Shown here: one piece after another, positions 13,001 through 27,134 of the stretch
Position numbering within the stretch: position 1 is the stretch's first letter
Layout of the letters: every line of letters starts with the position of its first letter
From: Auanema rhodensis
Taxonomy: Eukaryota > Animalia > Nematoda
DNA: 64,000 nucleotides
Assembly (NCBI GenBank): GCA_964057225.1
Contig: OZ059894.1
Coordinates: 6,014,001-6,078,000 of the forward strand
Direction: 5' to 3'
Translations under genes and position numbers: made by a program
Notes under the pieces: generated by a model
Seen by the model: only the letters and a program-made list of their open reading frames with translations
The model's database searches: none
Told to the model about the DNA's origin: nothing

Positions 13001-14952
13001 CACTATATGAGAAGACAACAGAAATAAACATACAAAAGAAACATATGAGATGAAGAAATTCTTTATTTCTATTTTATAAATGTTTTTATAACTTTTCAAA
13101 TGTATTTCAAAATGTCAAGTTGGAAGCTTTTCAATAGATCAGCAGGAGATTTCTCGAAAGAATTGTTGCTTAGCACATCCAAACTTCATCACAACTTTCT
13201 AAAGTTTGGAGACAAAGACAAATCATGTTTTCTTAGAAGGTTTATACACTTTTTTTAGTTGGCAAAAAAGGTTTTTTTTTTAGAATAAAAGGATAATGAA
13301 TGATTTATAAAAACGTTTTCAGATAGTCAATCTGTGTAATTCTTAAGATTCTAAGTTGAAAAAATAGCAAAAAGCAGAAGAGAACAAAAAAGGAAAAAAG
13401 GTTAGACTTTTCCTCATGAGCATTTCAAGTTCGAAAGAAGGTCCATGATTGACACTGAAATTTGGCGTTAGATAAGCAGACGGATGTACTTATGTCGTCG
13501 TCGGCCCCAACGTTTTTGGTCTTGGAATACAAATCAGATGCAGAAAATGTTCATTTAACGTTTTCTCAATTTAAAATATTCAAATTTTTTGACTTTATAG
13601 ATAGTTCAAAGAGATTTTCACAACTACATAGACTAAATATACTAAATATAATATAATATTTTTAATTAAATTTGAAAATACAGATTCATAGGTTAAGTTG
13701 GTTATTTTTTGACTAAGCTGTTAATTTAAATTTGGCTACCTTGCAGTATAAAAAGGATTTTGTACAAAGAATGGGAAAAAAAGAAAAGTCTGTCAATGCA
13801 GACTGAACAAAACTAATTTAGAAGACCGGTAATATCGAACTTCCTAGAATGAACCTCAAATTGTTTGTGTTTTTTTAATTAATTTTTACTTCAAATTGAA
13901 AGAAGAAATTTGTTTCAAAAAAGTTAGCTGCTTTTTGACTTTTAAGAGACGTTGCTGAACTTGGAGACTGGGCTGGAAATACCGCTTCAACGCTTACGAC
14001 TGTGGAAAAAAAGTTGAAATCACAGCGAACAAGGCGATCACTGAGCAGTTTTGAACCAACATTTTAATGAAAAAAGTCAGTTTAATGAAACAAACAATAA
14101 TCAAGATTAGAACTAGATGATGAGAGAAAGAGCGGAAAGAAAGTATGAGCAAGAGCAGGATGAATGCCATAATAACATTATATATTCTTCCATCTGAGAC
14201 CGATTCTTTGAGAATTTTGAAAAGAATACGAAATAAGCTGAATGAGGTCGAGGAGTCCTTCAGTTACTCTGTTCTGTGGGCTCCATGCAAAGGAGCTCAG
14301 TCAGAAAGGAATCTCGGTTCAAGCAAATTTTTCCTATTATCTTATATTCTCTCTTTCTCTCTTCTTTCTCTTCCTTTTCCACTTTATCCCTTTCACTCCC
14401 TCTTTCTATCTCTCTATACCTCTTCTATGTTTCTTTTAGAAATTTCCATTAAATCTATTATATTCTCAAAAATTATTTATTGCAATACTTTTGAATGTGA
14501 TAGCTCATTTATTCTTTTTATACTATTCACGATCAGATGATGACGCTCTAAATAGAGAGAACAAAAACTATTTCCATTCTTTTCTCTGAATCTTTTTCAT
14601 CAAGTTAAAAGAATTTTAATCGAAGTTTTACCAAACAGTTACCGGTTAACTTGCATAAATGGCTGATTATCGAATGAAAAAAAAACTTACTGTAAGTTCG
14701 AACTTTCTTGTAGACGCTATCACTGTATTCACGTCGAACAAATTCAGAAACACCGTCTTCCTCGTTGCGTGGTGTTATTCGCAACTCCGGATGCTCAGAT
14801 CTATGATGCTGTCTTTTTGGATAAACCGCTCGACCATATGCATCGTGATCTTTTTCAGTACCATCACGACGACGTCGCTTTTTCCAGGAGCTGGAACTAC
14901 AGACGGACGTTTGCAGTGAGAGGAGAAGAATAAGAAACCAGAGATTATTCAT
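7065..14952 (-). CDS. odr-2: ODR-2/HOT family Ly-6 (three-finger) GPI-anchored protein
   Basis: Common exons 7898-7804, 7750-7648, 7409-7309 and 7244-7065 give IECYSCMSLSYQTSWRYLQTTYIYPKVFTDRC...CSSVC...HIRGCLDRVLRNGFNQTAL...VQLCSCYGDRCN plus a hydrophobic GPI-type tail. The phase-1 signal-peptide exon 14952-14691 (MNNLWFLILLLSLQTSVCS...; donor GTAAGT) joins in frame. Family is secure; odr-2 versus a hot paralogue is by recall. Confidence 0.8.
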
Positions 14953-17900
14953 CTCATTTCTTATATAGCTATATGTATATGTATATGTATAATATCTCCT
15001 GTAATCTAGTGACTAAGATAGGTAATTAGATAAATGAGAGAACGACAAGAAAATAAACAGAAGGTAAAAATAAAAAGAAGATGAAGATGAAGAATGCTAT
15101 AAAATGAATGAGAATTAATCTGAGACAGATATTAAGTATTATTTTGATGTTATTCAAATTGAATTATGTTTAGACTGAGCTATGTTCTAGAAATACCAAT
15201 AATATGGAAGAATATACATCAAAACAAACAAAAAAACTTTAGCAGAAAAAAAAAGATAAAACAAAATATTGTCCTTGCTATTCCTTTTGTCAGTTTCAAC
15301 TAGTTGCTTGCCCCGTTTTCTCGTCAAATAAGGAATGGAGATGTCTCATTAAATTGGTGGCTTTTGATATGTGGGCTCGTCTTCAATTCAAATCGTTTTC
15401 ATTTTACTTATATTTGATTTTAATTTGAACTTTCCTGTTCAAATATAGTCAAGTTTTAAGAAAATGAATATATATGAATAAAAGAAATATTTAGAAATAA
15501 ATAAACATATGTATGTATGTATATAATAATAAATTTATTTCATTATATGAAAAGAATATTAAAACAAAATAAAAATAGTGACAAACAAAATTTTCAATTT
15601 GTTTGCTACTTTATGAAAATTGATTTTCAAAAAAAAAACATATCTTAAGTAATAGTTAATATATTCTATCTCCCTCCCATTTAATAATGTTTAGCTATTA
15701 TGTATATGATAACACCTGGTTTCCAAGAAAAAAATTACTTGAAGGACTACATAGGTTTGAAAATGAATTAATGAAAGTATATACACTTTAAAATTAAAAA
15801 TATTAAAAATTTATACAACCGGTTTGTAAGCATTTTCAAAATAAAATGATAAGGAGTATTAAGTAAATTTTAGAACAACAACTGTTTACAAAAAGAAACA
15901 AAACTTGAACAACATCTGTCTTATGAATTTCAATATAAAAAGTGAATTGTGGAATTTGCAGGATTGACGCGTCATTCAGAAGAATGTAATTCTAACTGTG
16001 AAGGTAGGCTATTGGGCGAGTGCAAGATGCAATAAACGTATAACTAAGAAGTAGTTATATAAAGCATTTATTGGATTAGTTGAGAGCTAGGTTAAAAGTT
16101 TTGTGAGAAATGGAAGAAAGAAACGATTTCAATGAGAAAGCGTTTTAATCTTTCTCATTTCAAATGAAAAGCGCAGATGAACTGAGAAAAAAGTGAAAGA
16201 GGTAAAGCGAGAAAATGAATAAGGTACTTTTAAAAGTATAGATATGAGGTTAAAAAGAAAATAAAAGAATAATAAAGTTAAGAAAGAGAGATTGGAAGGA
16301 TGTTTGGATGGCCAAAGTGAAAGAACAATTTAATAAAATTCATAACGTGACCATGACGTCTCAATAAGAGTATGATGAAGAAAAATGACGACGTTGTCAA
16401 ATAAAACCATCGAATATATAAAACCTCGTATGAGAATAAAGATATACCGTTAACTATATCTGGACATACAGGCTAGAGGTCAAAAGAATTATGACTTTAA
16501 AGCGTTAAAGCTAACGACTAATGTCAAAAGCTTTCAAAAAGAATTGAAAAAAATTATTTGCAAGTGAAAAACAGTGTGAAAGCAACGCAAGATTCACAAT
16601 GACAATAAAAATTTTTTATTATGATTACCATTCACACGAGTAATCCACATATGACTTATAACATATGAAAGAAAAAGTTTTCATGTTTTCTATTTTTTTT
16701 TTTTTTTTTGAAAAAATGAAATCTTCTTCATATATCTGGGATTTTGCTTTTTTTCAATTAAAAAGAATGAAGTGATTATGAAAGAAACTGAAATAGGATA
16801 GAACAAAATGAAAAAAAAAGAGAGAAAAGAATAAAAAAAATCATCGTAGAAGTAAGAAAAATAGAAATTGAAGAAGCCGAAAATAAGTATATTCTGAAGC
16901 AATTAGAATGAAAATGAATCAGCTGTGCTTATGTAGGTTTGAAGAAAATGCTGTTAGAAGAATGAAATGCAAGCATTTACTTGTTTATGTAGGTTATTGA
17001 AAAGCTTAATGAATTATTATAATGAAGGTGTGATCTAATAGACAATACTTATATGGAATAACATGCTTATAAGATTGTTCAATCATGTCCTTAAACTATT
17101 CGATAAAGATGCATTCATAAAATGATTAAAGTATAATTGAGTAATTACACATTTATTAGATAAAGATTCATCAAACGTATTCAACAACTTGAAGGCATAT
17201 TAGCATAAATAAGGGTTGCAGCCTATTTAGCATGCTTTAGGTCAAGCCTGTAAAGCGTTAGTTCAAACCAGCCATGTTAAACCTAGTTCTGCTTTGAGTT
17301 AGTATATTATTAAAGAAATTGTAAGCAAAATAATTTAAGATTATAAAAATAAAAATTAGAACATACAAAGATTACTGAGAAAAGGGATTTTTAAAGGCCA
17401 AATGAAAATCTTGAAAATGGTAACTATATGTAGTAAACAAGTAGAATAGAATCAAGACTAATATTTATTCATATACATATAACCAACTCTAATACCAGGG
17501 AATATGAGTATTAAAGAGAATAAGTCTAAGCAGGGAGAGAGATAGAGAGAAGAAAGATAGAGAGAATATATATAATTGTAGAGAATTTATATCAAGGTGC
17601 GTGACAAGTTCGAATAAATAAATCAAGAGTAAGGCAATTCTTATATGAAACATAAGTAAATCACATGCACTTAGTACAATTTGAAATAAAAATACGAAAC
17701 AGCTAATGAAACACCATATTAAATAATTATTAATTTATCAACAATTTTTGTGGCTAAATGAAAATATTTCCACAAACTTTCATGTTGAAGCTTTTCTTTG
17801 TTTTAAAAAAAAAAAATATATATATATATATATATAAATATGTACATATAGTATACATACATATGTATATAGTATATAGTACTATACTTTTAAATTTTTA

Positions 17901-18710
17901 TGTTTTATTTGGCCATCAACTGGATCAAACTTAAAGCAAAAAATGCAATTGGCAACCAAATATTGCCTTAAATTAAAATGTCAGATTTGAACGTTGCCAG
18001 AGCATTTTAACTTTTTTTTCCAAAACAGGTAATATGGTGAAGGACAGGAATATTAATATATTTTTTTTTTCCAAAAAAAAATTTAAAATTGAAGAATACG
18101 AAAAGATGTGTCAGTCTGACATATTTTTTTTTATAAGGTAAAGCTTCAACAAAATTAATTCAACAGGTAAAATATAAAATAAAAATTAATTTTATTAGCT
18201 ATATTAGTATTAAAATTTGAAAAAATAAATGTAAGCTTTATAAAGAATTTTTGTTTTTTTTTCTCTTTAAATTCGAACATCAGAATACGCTTCATTGAGT
18301 TGAATATTATGGAATATAAGGCGAATAAGCGGAGTTATGTTCTCTCTATATCTTTCCCTGGTTTTCTCTTGTTGTCGAACACACCCTCTCTTTTTCTTTT
18401 TTTCTGTGGTAAGAAGCAAATTTATTACGAAAATATAAAAATATTTCAAATGAAAAATGAGAAAAAACTGATGAATTTTAGAATATCGCTTTATCTTATT
18501 TGAAAAAAAAATTTGATCCAAGAAGACGGGAATCATCTGGCAGAAGTTATTTGAATTGAAGTAACATTAAGTGGCAGTTATGAGGTTAAGAGATTTAGTG
18601 CTTATCCGTTGTAGACTATTACTACCATGATGATGACGACATGAATGAGTATAAGTGATGCAAATTTAATTTTTTCTTTAAATAGCTGGTAAGAGAAAGT
18701 AACTGAAAGA

Positions 18711-18715
<5 letters not shown>

Positions 18716-18754
<39 letters not shown>

Positions 18755-18763
18755 GAGAGAGAG
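18716..18763. repeat. (GA)n microsatellite
   Basis: Near-perfect GA run; a similar run lies at 20362-20399. Confidence 0.9.
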
Positions 18764-20360
18764 ATAAAATAGTTGATTAAGCCAAGTGTCATAAGTAGAG
18801 GTTAAAGTAGTCTTACGAAGCATTGATTTAATTATAATTAGTAAATATGACAGTTTATGAATGAAATAATTTGCTTTGAGTAGCATGGCAACAGGTTTGG
18901 GTCCGATTTAGAATAAGCATAGTCAGTAGGATGTTGTTTGTTGGATGAATGGTATAGTTCAAAATGAAATATCAAACATAAAGCCTGATAATATGAATTA
19001 TTATAAACATGAAATTCTCCCGTTGAATATTTGAACATGAAAAAATGTCAGGAGGATAAGTTTGCCTGAGAGGGGCAAACCTATTTGTTCTTTTTTGGCG
19101 GAAAGTGAACGGAACAAGGGTGAGATCCGCATCGCTCCTCGGGCAATCAAGGGCCTATAGTTTCAATAATTTGGAGACCAATTTTCATAATGGCTATTGT
19201 CTATAGTTGTCTAGACATCTATATTCAACTGATGGAATATGACCACGAAGGTATGCAAATAATACATCAACAACATGAAAACAAGCTGTTTCCAAGAAAA
19301 AAAATATTCGGAAGCGTTCAAGCTGGTGTTAGGTTCAAAAATGGGAACAAAATGCTGATTGCAAAGGGGATATAGAAGCGGGCAGAATCAAAAGCATCAC
19401 AACGACATCGTTCGATGACCTTAGTGTGAAATTAATCAAAATACAATTTTATGCGTTCCTATTTAGTAGAAAGTGGAAACACGAGAAAAATGGTTCGTTT
19501 ATTCATATTTTATTGTGTCGTATACCAAAGATGTTTTTTCATCAAAAATGTAAAGAATTCATCGTTCGTTTGAGTAATTTCATTTGATTGAGCAGCTTGA
19601 GCCTTACTCCTCTGCAACAACAAGATGAAAGGAAATTAGAAAAAATACGTAAGAATAAGTAAAGTTAATGACTTAAAATAGCCACAGGAAAACAATAACT
19701 GAATTTCATAGAATGAAAAATCAGATTCTCTTCTCTCTTCCGCTTAGTTGTGACCTAGCTACAACAAGCTTCTCACCTTACTTGTGTTCCATTTCGTTTT
19801 TCACTCGATTTTCTTATACTTTCAAACGCGGTACAATTCGGTACCTCTCTGATAAACCTTAGCTTTTTACCTATTTTTAACACTTCAAAGCCATATTTTG
19901 AACAAAATAAAAGCATAAAATGCTTAATATAACAATCACAAAAACAAAAATGATATTGAAGATGAAACTGTCAGTTGGGACTAGTTAAGAAGAAAAAGCA
20001 GAAAAAAAGAGTTCTTGGAGACCAGATGGTCGAAAGATTTATAGTTGGCCACCCTATGAGCATTGGAATTTCACGCCATAAGCATCTGTGATCTATAGTT
20101 TTGGTGTCGAAAAAGGAAAACGTCGAGAAAGACAAGAAATTGCTCTGTTTTCATAGATTCTAAACTGAACATTTTATATAAAATATTTGATCAAACATTA
20201 CGAGAAAAATTATAATTTTCATGAGATTCATGAGATTTCTGTTATCTTTTTGATGTTCAAGATGTTCTTATTTTTTCGAACACAGGTTGCACGGAAACAT
20301 TGCAGTAAATTTTTAAATAAAAAAATTAAAAGATAAAGATAGATGAAACAATAGGTACTA

Positions 20361-20399
<39 letters not shown>

Positions 20400-23300
20400 A
20401 AAGAAAGGATAACATGAATGCCGCTCGAAGAGCAATAAGATGGTTAATCCTTGTGTCGTCTTTGCTTTTAACTCGAGTACTTGCTTTGGTGGTAGTTGAT
20501 GTGAGAGAATTAGATGGCAAAAAAAACGTTAAGACAAGAGTAGAAAGTGAAAAACGAAGGGAATGTGATAAGTTGCATCGATGAACGTTGAAAGGGAGTA
20601 TTGAATTTCTAAAATTTCCAATGCTTTGATGGGCCAAAATATGTAGAAATAAAGTTAGTATTAGCCTATTTATACAATATAATATCTTACAATTGGGGTC
20701 TAAGAGATGTGAAAAACGAAAAAGACAAATGCTTAGATAATCTGTGTGCTGGGAGTATATGTCAATTCCCTCTGGAGGGTACAGCTGTAACTACTGCTCC
20801 CTTTCTCTCAGTTAGGAAGTGAAGGAGAAGCTGAAGACGATCATTCAGTTTGGCTTTCCTCTATTCAAGCCCTACTACCAGTCATTCCTATACATATAGT
20901 ATATGGAACGTATCTCTATCTGTCTAATTGTTCCATAAAAGCCATAAAAATGCACTTGAAATCTAAGAATCTGTTTGGTGATTGTGTAATCTAGGGACTT
21001 GTGAGATTTGATGTTATGTAGAGAATCAAGAGTTTCTCTAAGTAAACACAAAACTTAAAATGGAAATAGAGATGAAGTCATACATGTCTTATTAGGTTTA
21101 AGTTTTAAAATAATCTGTTAGACAATAACACAATAGAACAAATCTTTTTTTTTTCAATTTTAACTCAATTAAACATCAAAATGAAATAATTTTAACATGA
21201 AGAACAAGCTCAAAGAGTACTAAGAGACTATTAAGAGTAAAACAAGATAATTACTTTAGGAATTAAATAGAAATTAAAATCAATTCTCTTAAATAAAATT
21301 ACATTTCTTTCGTATCACTGTGATTTTTCATATTTTTTTTGTTTTCTTTCGTTACTTTTTACGGCTAAAAAAACATTCATTACAGAGAAAAATCATCAAT
21401 ACTACTAATTGGAGAAGGGAGAAGTTAGACATACTCTTGTTCTTTGCTATTTTTTTTTTGCTTACTTATATATTTAGCAGTGACATCATGACAATTTCAA
21501 ACGTTTTTTGAGGATGCATTTGAATAGATCAAAAAGAAAAAACATCGAATATAGCTATTTCATCAACATTAAGGTGCCAATAACGTTGGTATTGATGAAT
21601 AGTTTGTGAGAAAAAGAAAAAAATAAGAAGTTTAATTGCTTTATACATATAAGTAAATGTATTTCTCATCTAAATAATTACATATGAAGTAAGAGAGAAA
21701 TAAAAAAAATGCAGAAAGATCGAGAAAAAGAAATTAGTTTTTGAATAATTACATAATATTTAACCTATTAACATGATAGAACATATGTAGACATTACTTT
21801 TTTTGGGAGATGGAAATTTTTTTCTTCGAGAAAAGAGGAAAAACTTTTATTCCAAAGACAAAAATTGCAATGTTTTTCAGTACTAAATGTTGCTTTAAGA
21901 GTCTCCTTCGGATAAATATCACCGAAACGGGATAAAATACAGCATTTCTCACTTTCTATCGCTATATTTAGAGTAAAATATTTTGAAAAATTACCAGAAA
22001 TTAATGAAAATATGAGAGAAATACACAACAGAAAACTAGAAGGTGTTGGAAAACTTAAATATAATATAGGAAAGCAACACGTGAGCTTCTGGGGGAATGT
22101 GCATCCGTAGGCATGACGATGAAGATGAGAGGCGAAAATCGCCTGCTTCTGATATTCGATATCCTCTGATATTCTCCTTTACAATGAAGAAAATGATGTT
22201 AAAGTAGTGAAAAAGAAGGAAAAAAGATTAACTAAAACCATGAAAAGTTCAAAACTACTCTGCACTTCTTGAAGTTTGAAATCGAAAAATTGGCCAATTT
22301 TGCATTTACTCAAAAATTGTTGAACAATAACCATTAAAAATCAGGTATGAAAAATAGGTAAAATAACAAAAAAAATGTTTAAGAATAATCTATTATTTCA
22401 GACAAACAAACAAAGAAAAACAAAACAAAACAAAATTGAGAACATATATAAAGAAATCTCATGAAATGCTAATGAACTGAGTGAGGCATGCTCTTTCGCA
22501 CTCTTAAATTCAAAAAAAAACAGAAGTTGAGTCTTGAGACGAAAAAAGTTCGGCAATAATGACTCTTACACATACAAGTTCTGAGTTGCTTTTTATGGTA
22601 GAGCTTTTGCGTCTGAGAGAGTGCGAATGTAAGGAGGAATAGATATATATATACAGACGGGATGGGGTGAGAAATAGTACAAGGAAAGACAATTTCTTTT
22701 TCTTCTTAAGTTGTTCATATAGAAAGTTTCATACGGATGTGAGATATAAATATATTCAGAGAGAGAAATAGAGAGAGAATATAAAAACAGAGAGAAAGAG
22801 AGGGATAATAGATAGAGAGAATTAGATATAAAAGAAAATTTGATGACGAGAGTGAGAGAGAAAGAGAGAGAGAGGGGGAAAAGGGTAAGGACGAGAGAAA
22901 ATAAAGAGAAGAGAAATAGAGATATATTGAGATGATTGTAAGATGATTGTTGTATGTTGGAAGAATGAGAAGAAGACGAACGATGGAACAAGCAGTTTGA
23001 TGTGTGCATGGTCAGAAAGCGATAAAGAGGCCTAATCGTTAACTCCCAGGAGGAAGTCTGGAGAAAGAGGAATAGCAAGAGAGTGGAAAAGAAAATTCTT
23101 TACGAAATAGAGCTAGAAAAGGAGAGTAATTGAGAAAAAACCGAGTTAGAAGTGAAAGAGAAACAATGATGATGAGAGGAGGATGAAAGAGTTAAAGATT
23201 TGTATATGGATGGTGCTTCTGGCATTTCAAAATAGATGTTGCTTGTTGGGAGCTAAGACAGATAAATGTCACTATTAAGGTCTACTGTTATATTTTCAGA

Positions 23301-23681
23301 TTTTTCTATTGTTTTTGTTAATAATCATTTACCAATTTATGCAAGTTTCCCGGAAAGGATTCAGATTAACAAAAAAATATATATTCAAGAACTTTGATAA
23401 TAATACATCTTGTTTAAGTTTAATTACCTTTGATTTAGAATTTAATCAAAACTTCTCACAGCGTACATCAACCGCATTCGAACAAATTTGAAATTCAAAT
23501 GAAATTTCTCACGTGAACTTACACGTTACTATGATATATTATTGAGAATAATTATTTTAGAAAAATAATTTTTAAATTCGGAAGTATAATTGAATATATT
23601 AATTTTATTTACACTATATTTTTATTAAATGCTTTAATATTTTCAAAAATGAAATTTTTATTTTTTAAAAAATGAACTAAC

Positions 23682-23757
23682 CTTCCATTGTAAGATTTAT
23701 GCTAATTTGATTGGCTGCCAAAATAATATTGGTCCATGGTATGTATAGCCCGGACAT
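23682..23757 (-). CDS. Putative alternative first coding exon of the odr-2-like gene (MSGLYIPWTNIILAANQISINLTME-G)
   Basis: Upstream TTTTAG acceptor (possible trans-splice site), ATG, 25 codons + 1 nt, GTTAGT donor. Phase 1 matches the common exon at 7898. Confidence 0.45.
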
Positions 23758-25608
23758 TGAAAACTTGTTCTCTAAAAGTATAAGAACGATTAATAAACTA
23801 AATTTTTAAAAAAAAATGCTTTTAGTACATGAATAACTATGCTGATTTAGTTTGAATAATAAAAAACATCAACTTAATAAAATTCATAATGAAGAAATAG
23901 AAAATTTAAAAAAACTATTGTAGTGAAAGAATAAAATGATTTTTATTGTTAAAATAGTATAACATGATAATAGTTATAATGATGATTATGATGATGATGA
24001 TGATATATAAATCTTATATACTAGTTATTATTATTCTTTATTTGAAAATCTTGTAGTTCATATAAGCTATGTGAGAAAGTGCGTTTCTATTAAGTCAATT
24101 TGATTACCTCATCAAAAATCCTTATGGGAAATAAATGAGAAATATTAAATAAAAACTTTTTTTTTCGTCATTTTCAGTAAATTAAAATTCAAAAAAAAGT
24201 CGTTTGGTTTAACTTGGAACATGAACTGAGATTATGATTCGTTGGTTCGTAAAAGTAGACGACATATTCGAGATTTCATCTATTGGAATCGAAAATATGT
24301 CAGCACTTGAAGCCTTATAGAGATGACGAGAAAATCGGTGAAAAACGAAATATTTGGTGAATTTTCACCAAAATACGAAACAATGTTCAAAATAATTTTT
24401 TAAAAACACAACAAATAAGTAACAAAACCGTATACATAAGTATTCTTCAACACATATTTTTTTGAAATATAAAGAACTTGGTTAATTTTGAAAAAGAAAT
24501 GATTTCAGCTCAATATTTATTCAAAAATATAAAAATAGATTATATGTATATATTTATTTTGAGAGAAAAAAATACTTTCTTCTTGTTTATAAAAAACCAA
24601 TATACTTTGAAGAAAAATTAAAAAATTCAATAGGTAAAAGGGTGTAAGGATATGAAGTATAAAAACGAGATTGAAGGAAAATAACAAAAGACGACTACAC
24701 GAATCTGTATTCAAAGGAGTTCTTACGTAGAGAGTTGGTTCAATTCGGAAGCCTTTGAAAGGATAATGAGGGCTAGCAATAGAAATGCTCAAAGTGGGAT
24801 TACTTTCAAGTGAAATTGAGCGTACTGCAATTATTGAAATAGAAAATTTTTCCTTTGAAGGTATAAATGGTCAAACTAATATTATTCTAACAGGTAATAT
24901 TCTTTCATTCTTATTGGCTTAAAAGGAAAATATTTTTGATCCAGCTTAATATGCTGAGAAAATTCAAGATTTATGACTTCATTTTCACAATATTTTGTTT
25001 TAGTGTGATTTTATGAAAAGTTTTATAGAGAGAATCATTGAAAAAATTAAGTTTATTCAATAGGTAGTCAGTTAAAACTTTTTTTTTGTCATTCTCTTCA
25101 GCTTTTTTCCTTTTTTTTTCCTGCTCTGCGATTTCTAAATATTATAGAAAAAAGATAACTGTAAGAGCTTTCATTTTGAGAGGCTTCATGTATTTTTCTT
25201 GAAAAAAATTTAAAAATAAAAGATTTATCAAATTAATATGAAAAAAGAGCTTCATCGTAAAAAAAAGAAATAAATAAATATGAAATATATATTTTTTAAA
25301 TATAAAAAGTTTTTTTTTTATTCACTATTAAAATAATTAAAAATAAAAAATGAGAAAATGTGATGTGAATAAAAAATACAGAAACTAGCACAGGAAGCAT
25401 AATGAACTAGGGTCACAAATGTCAAAAAAAGACATATAGCCAATGATTTATTTTCGTCAACTCAAGGTGTCCCCTGAGGCAAGCTCATCTTCAGTCTGGA
25501 ACTTTTAGTTTAGTTCATAATATTTTCTTTGAAAGAAGTAAAAAAGAAAATATTACTTTTCATATTAAATGATTGAGATAAATGTTATTATTTTCAAATT
25601 TTAAAAAA

Positions 25609-25746
25609 CTAATCGAATATGGTTAAGAATGTATTAATGACATCCTTCATCACTGTTTCTAGACCTTCATATAGATGATCAGTTATAACACTGAAATTAA
25701 ATTTAAGATCATTAAATTAATTATAAAGAAGATTATATATTATATT

Positions 25747-25792
<46 letters not shown>

Positions 25793-26575
25793 TTTATTAT
25801 TCAAAATTGATTTTTTACTGATTTAATATTGAATAACCTGCTGCTGTTCTTCATCTTTCCCAAATTTCCGGCAATATGTTTTAACATTTCCGGCGGATGT
25901 GCTGTAGTACTTCTTGGCTAAATCATCAAATTTGTACTGATGATAAACATTGTTAGAAAATATTGAAACCAATGAATTCGTAAAATCATTACATCTGGTA
26001 GAATTAACTTAACGGCGTTCGTCCCACCTAGAGAAATTTGAATTATATCCTTAAATTTACAACATCAAAGTATGAAGTGAACATACTCACTTGTAATACA
26101 GCATGCTGTTTTCCATGTCTTGGGACAATGCCAACGTTTGTCGGACTTGGATTAGAAAAAACTACTTTTGGATCTGAGTCTTTAAATATAAAAAATGCAA
26201 AAACATAAATAGATTTGATTTTTAACCTTTTCCTATGGGGATTGGACGAAACTGCTCTTGCAATGATATTTGATCAACAAGATCATGAAGCTTAATCAGT
26301 ACTGAATATCGAATTGTATTGAATGGTAAAGATAACAAACACTTACTTGAACAAGGACTTACAAGTTCACTAGAGTTGAATAAATTCAAATTTTTGCAAG
26401 AAGTTGTAGGTAATGCTCCACATTGTGGTCGAATTTCAACCTTGCATGGTGATTCGCATCGAAAAGCGGAAGATTTTTGAGGAAAATGGATCAGAAGGAC
26501 TTACCCACAACAGCATAAAGTATCTTTGAAACAATAACTTTGTAAACAAAGAATTAAAAAAATAAAAAGATACAT
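25609..26575 (-). CDS. Uncharacterised secreted protein with a Cys-rich N-terminus (about 7 exons)
   Basis: Signal peptide MYLFIFLILCLQSYC, then KDTLCCCGCESPCKVEIRPQCGALPTTSCKNLN. Short GT introns link to a terminal ...HLYEGLETVMKDVINTFLTIFD*. The 3' exon boundaries are less certain. Confidence 0.65.
25751..25789. repeat. (TA)n microsatellite (intronic)
   Basis: Perfect AT run. Confidence 0.9.
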
Positions 26576-27134
26576 TATTTGAATAGTTAGACAAAAAAGA
26601 AAAAATTGGGAATGTTTCAAACAGTGCAATTAAAAATCTTTAAGAACTGTTAATGAAAAACTCGTTTTCAATTTAAAAAAATATAACAATGCTAATCAAT
26701 CAAGTTATTGATTATTATATTTTTGTTATAACCTGATAAACTTTTAAAACTTTATGTTTAGTAGTAAGTTAAACATAATATTTGTTTTGTTCATTGTCTG
26801 TAGTGATGGTTTAAACTTTATTATAACTAGAATAATTAGTTGAACTTGTTGATAGCTTTCAGAATAAGTTTAAGTTTGAGAATTGTACGGAAGCAAATAA
26901 TAATTTATTATTTTATAAAATATAAAATATAATCTTTATATGTTGCTATATAAGCTTTAAATAACAATTTCTATGTAAACTAATATTTAAAAATATTCTT
27001 TTATATTATAAAATAGAAGAATATTCATGACATTGTTTCACTAAATATAGTGAAATGATAAAAATTTTACGCGTATAATTAGAATAAATATAATAACTTA
27101 ATAAATGTTCTTTCCTATAACTAATTCTTATTTT

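Noticed and set aside
13999-14063. Signal-peptide-like minus-strand exon MLVQNCSVIALFAVISTFFPQ with a GTAAGC donor
   Set aside because: Phase 2, so it is incompatible with the phase-1 odr-2 common exon.
19057-19084. Short hairpin GTTTGCC-N7-GGCAAAC; also structured-looking 20748-20800
   Set aside because: Stems are too short and match no RNA family I recognise; a covariance-model search would be needed.
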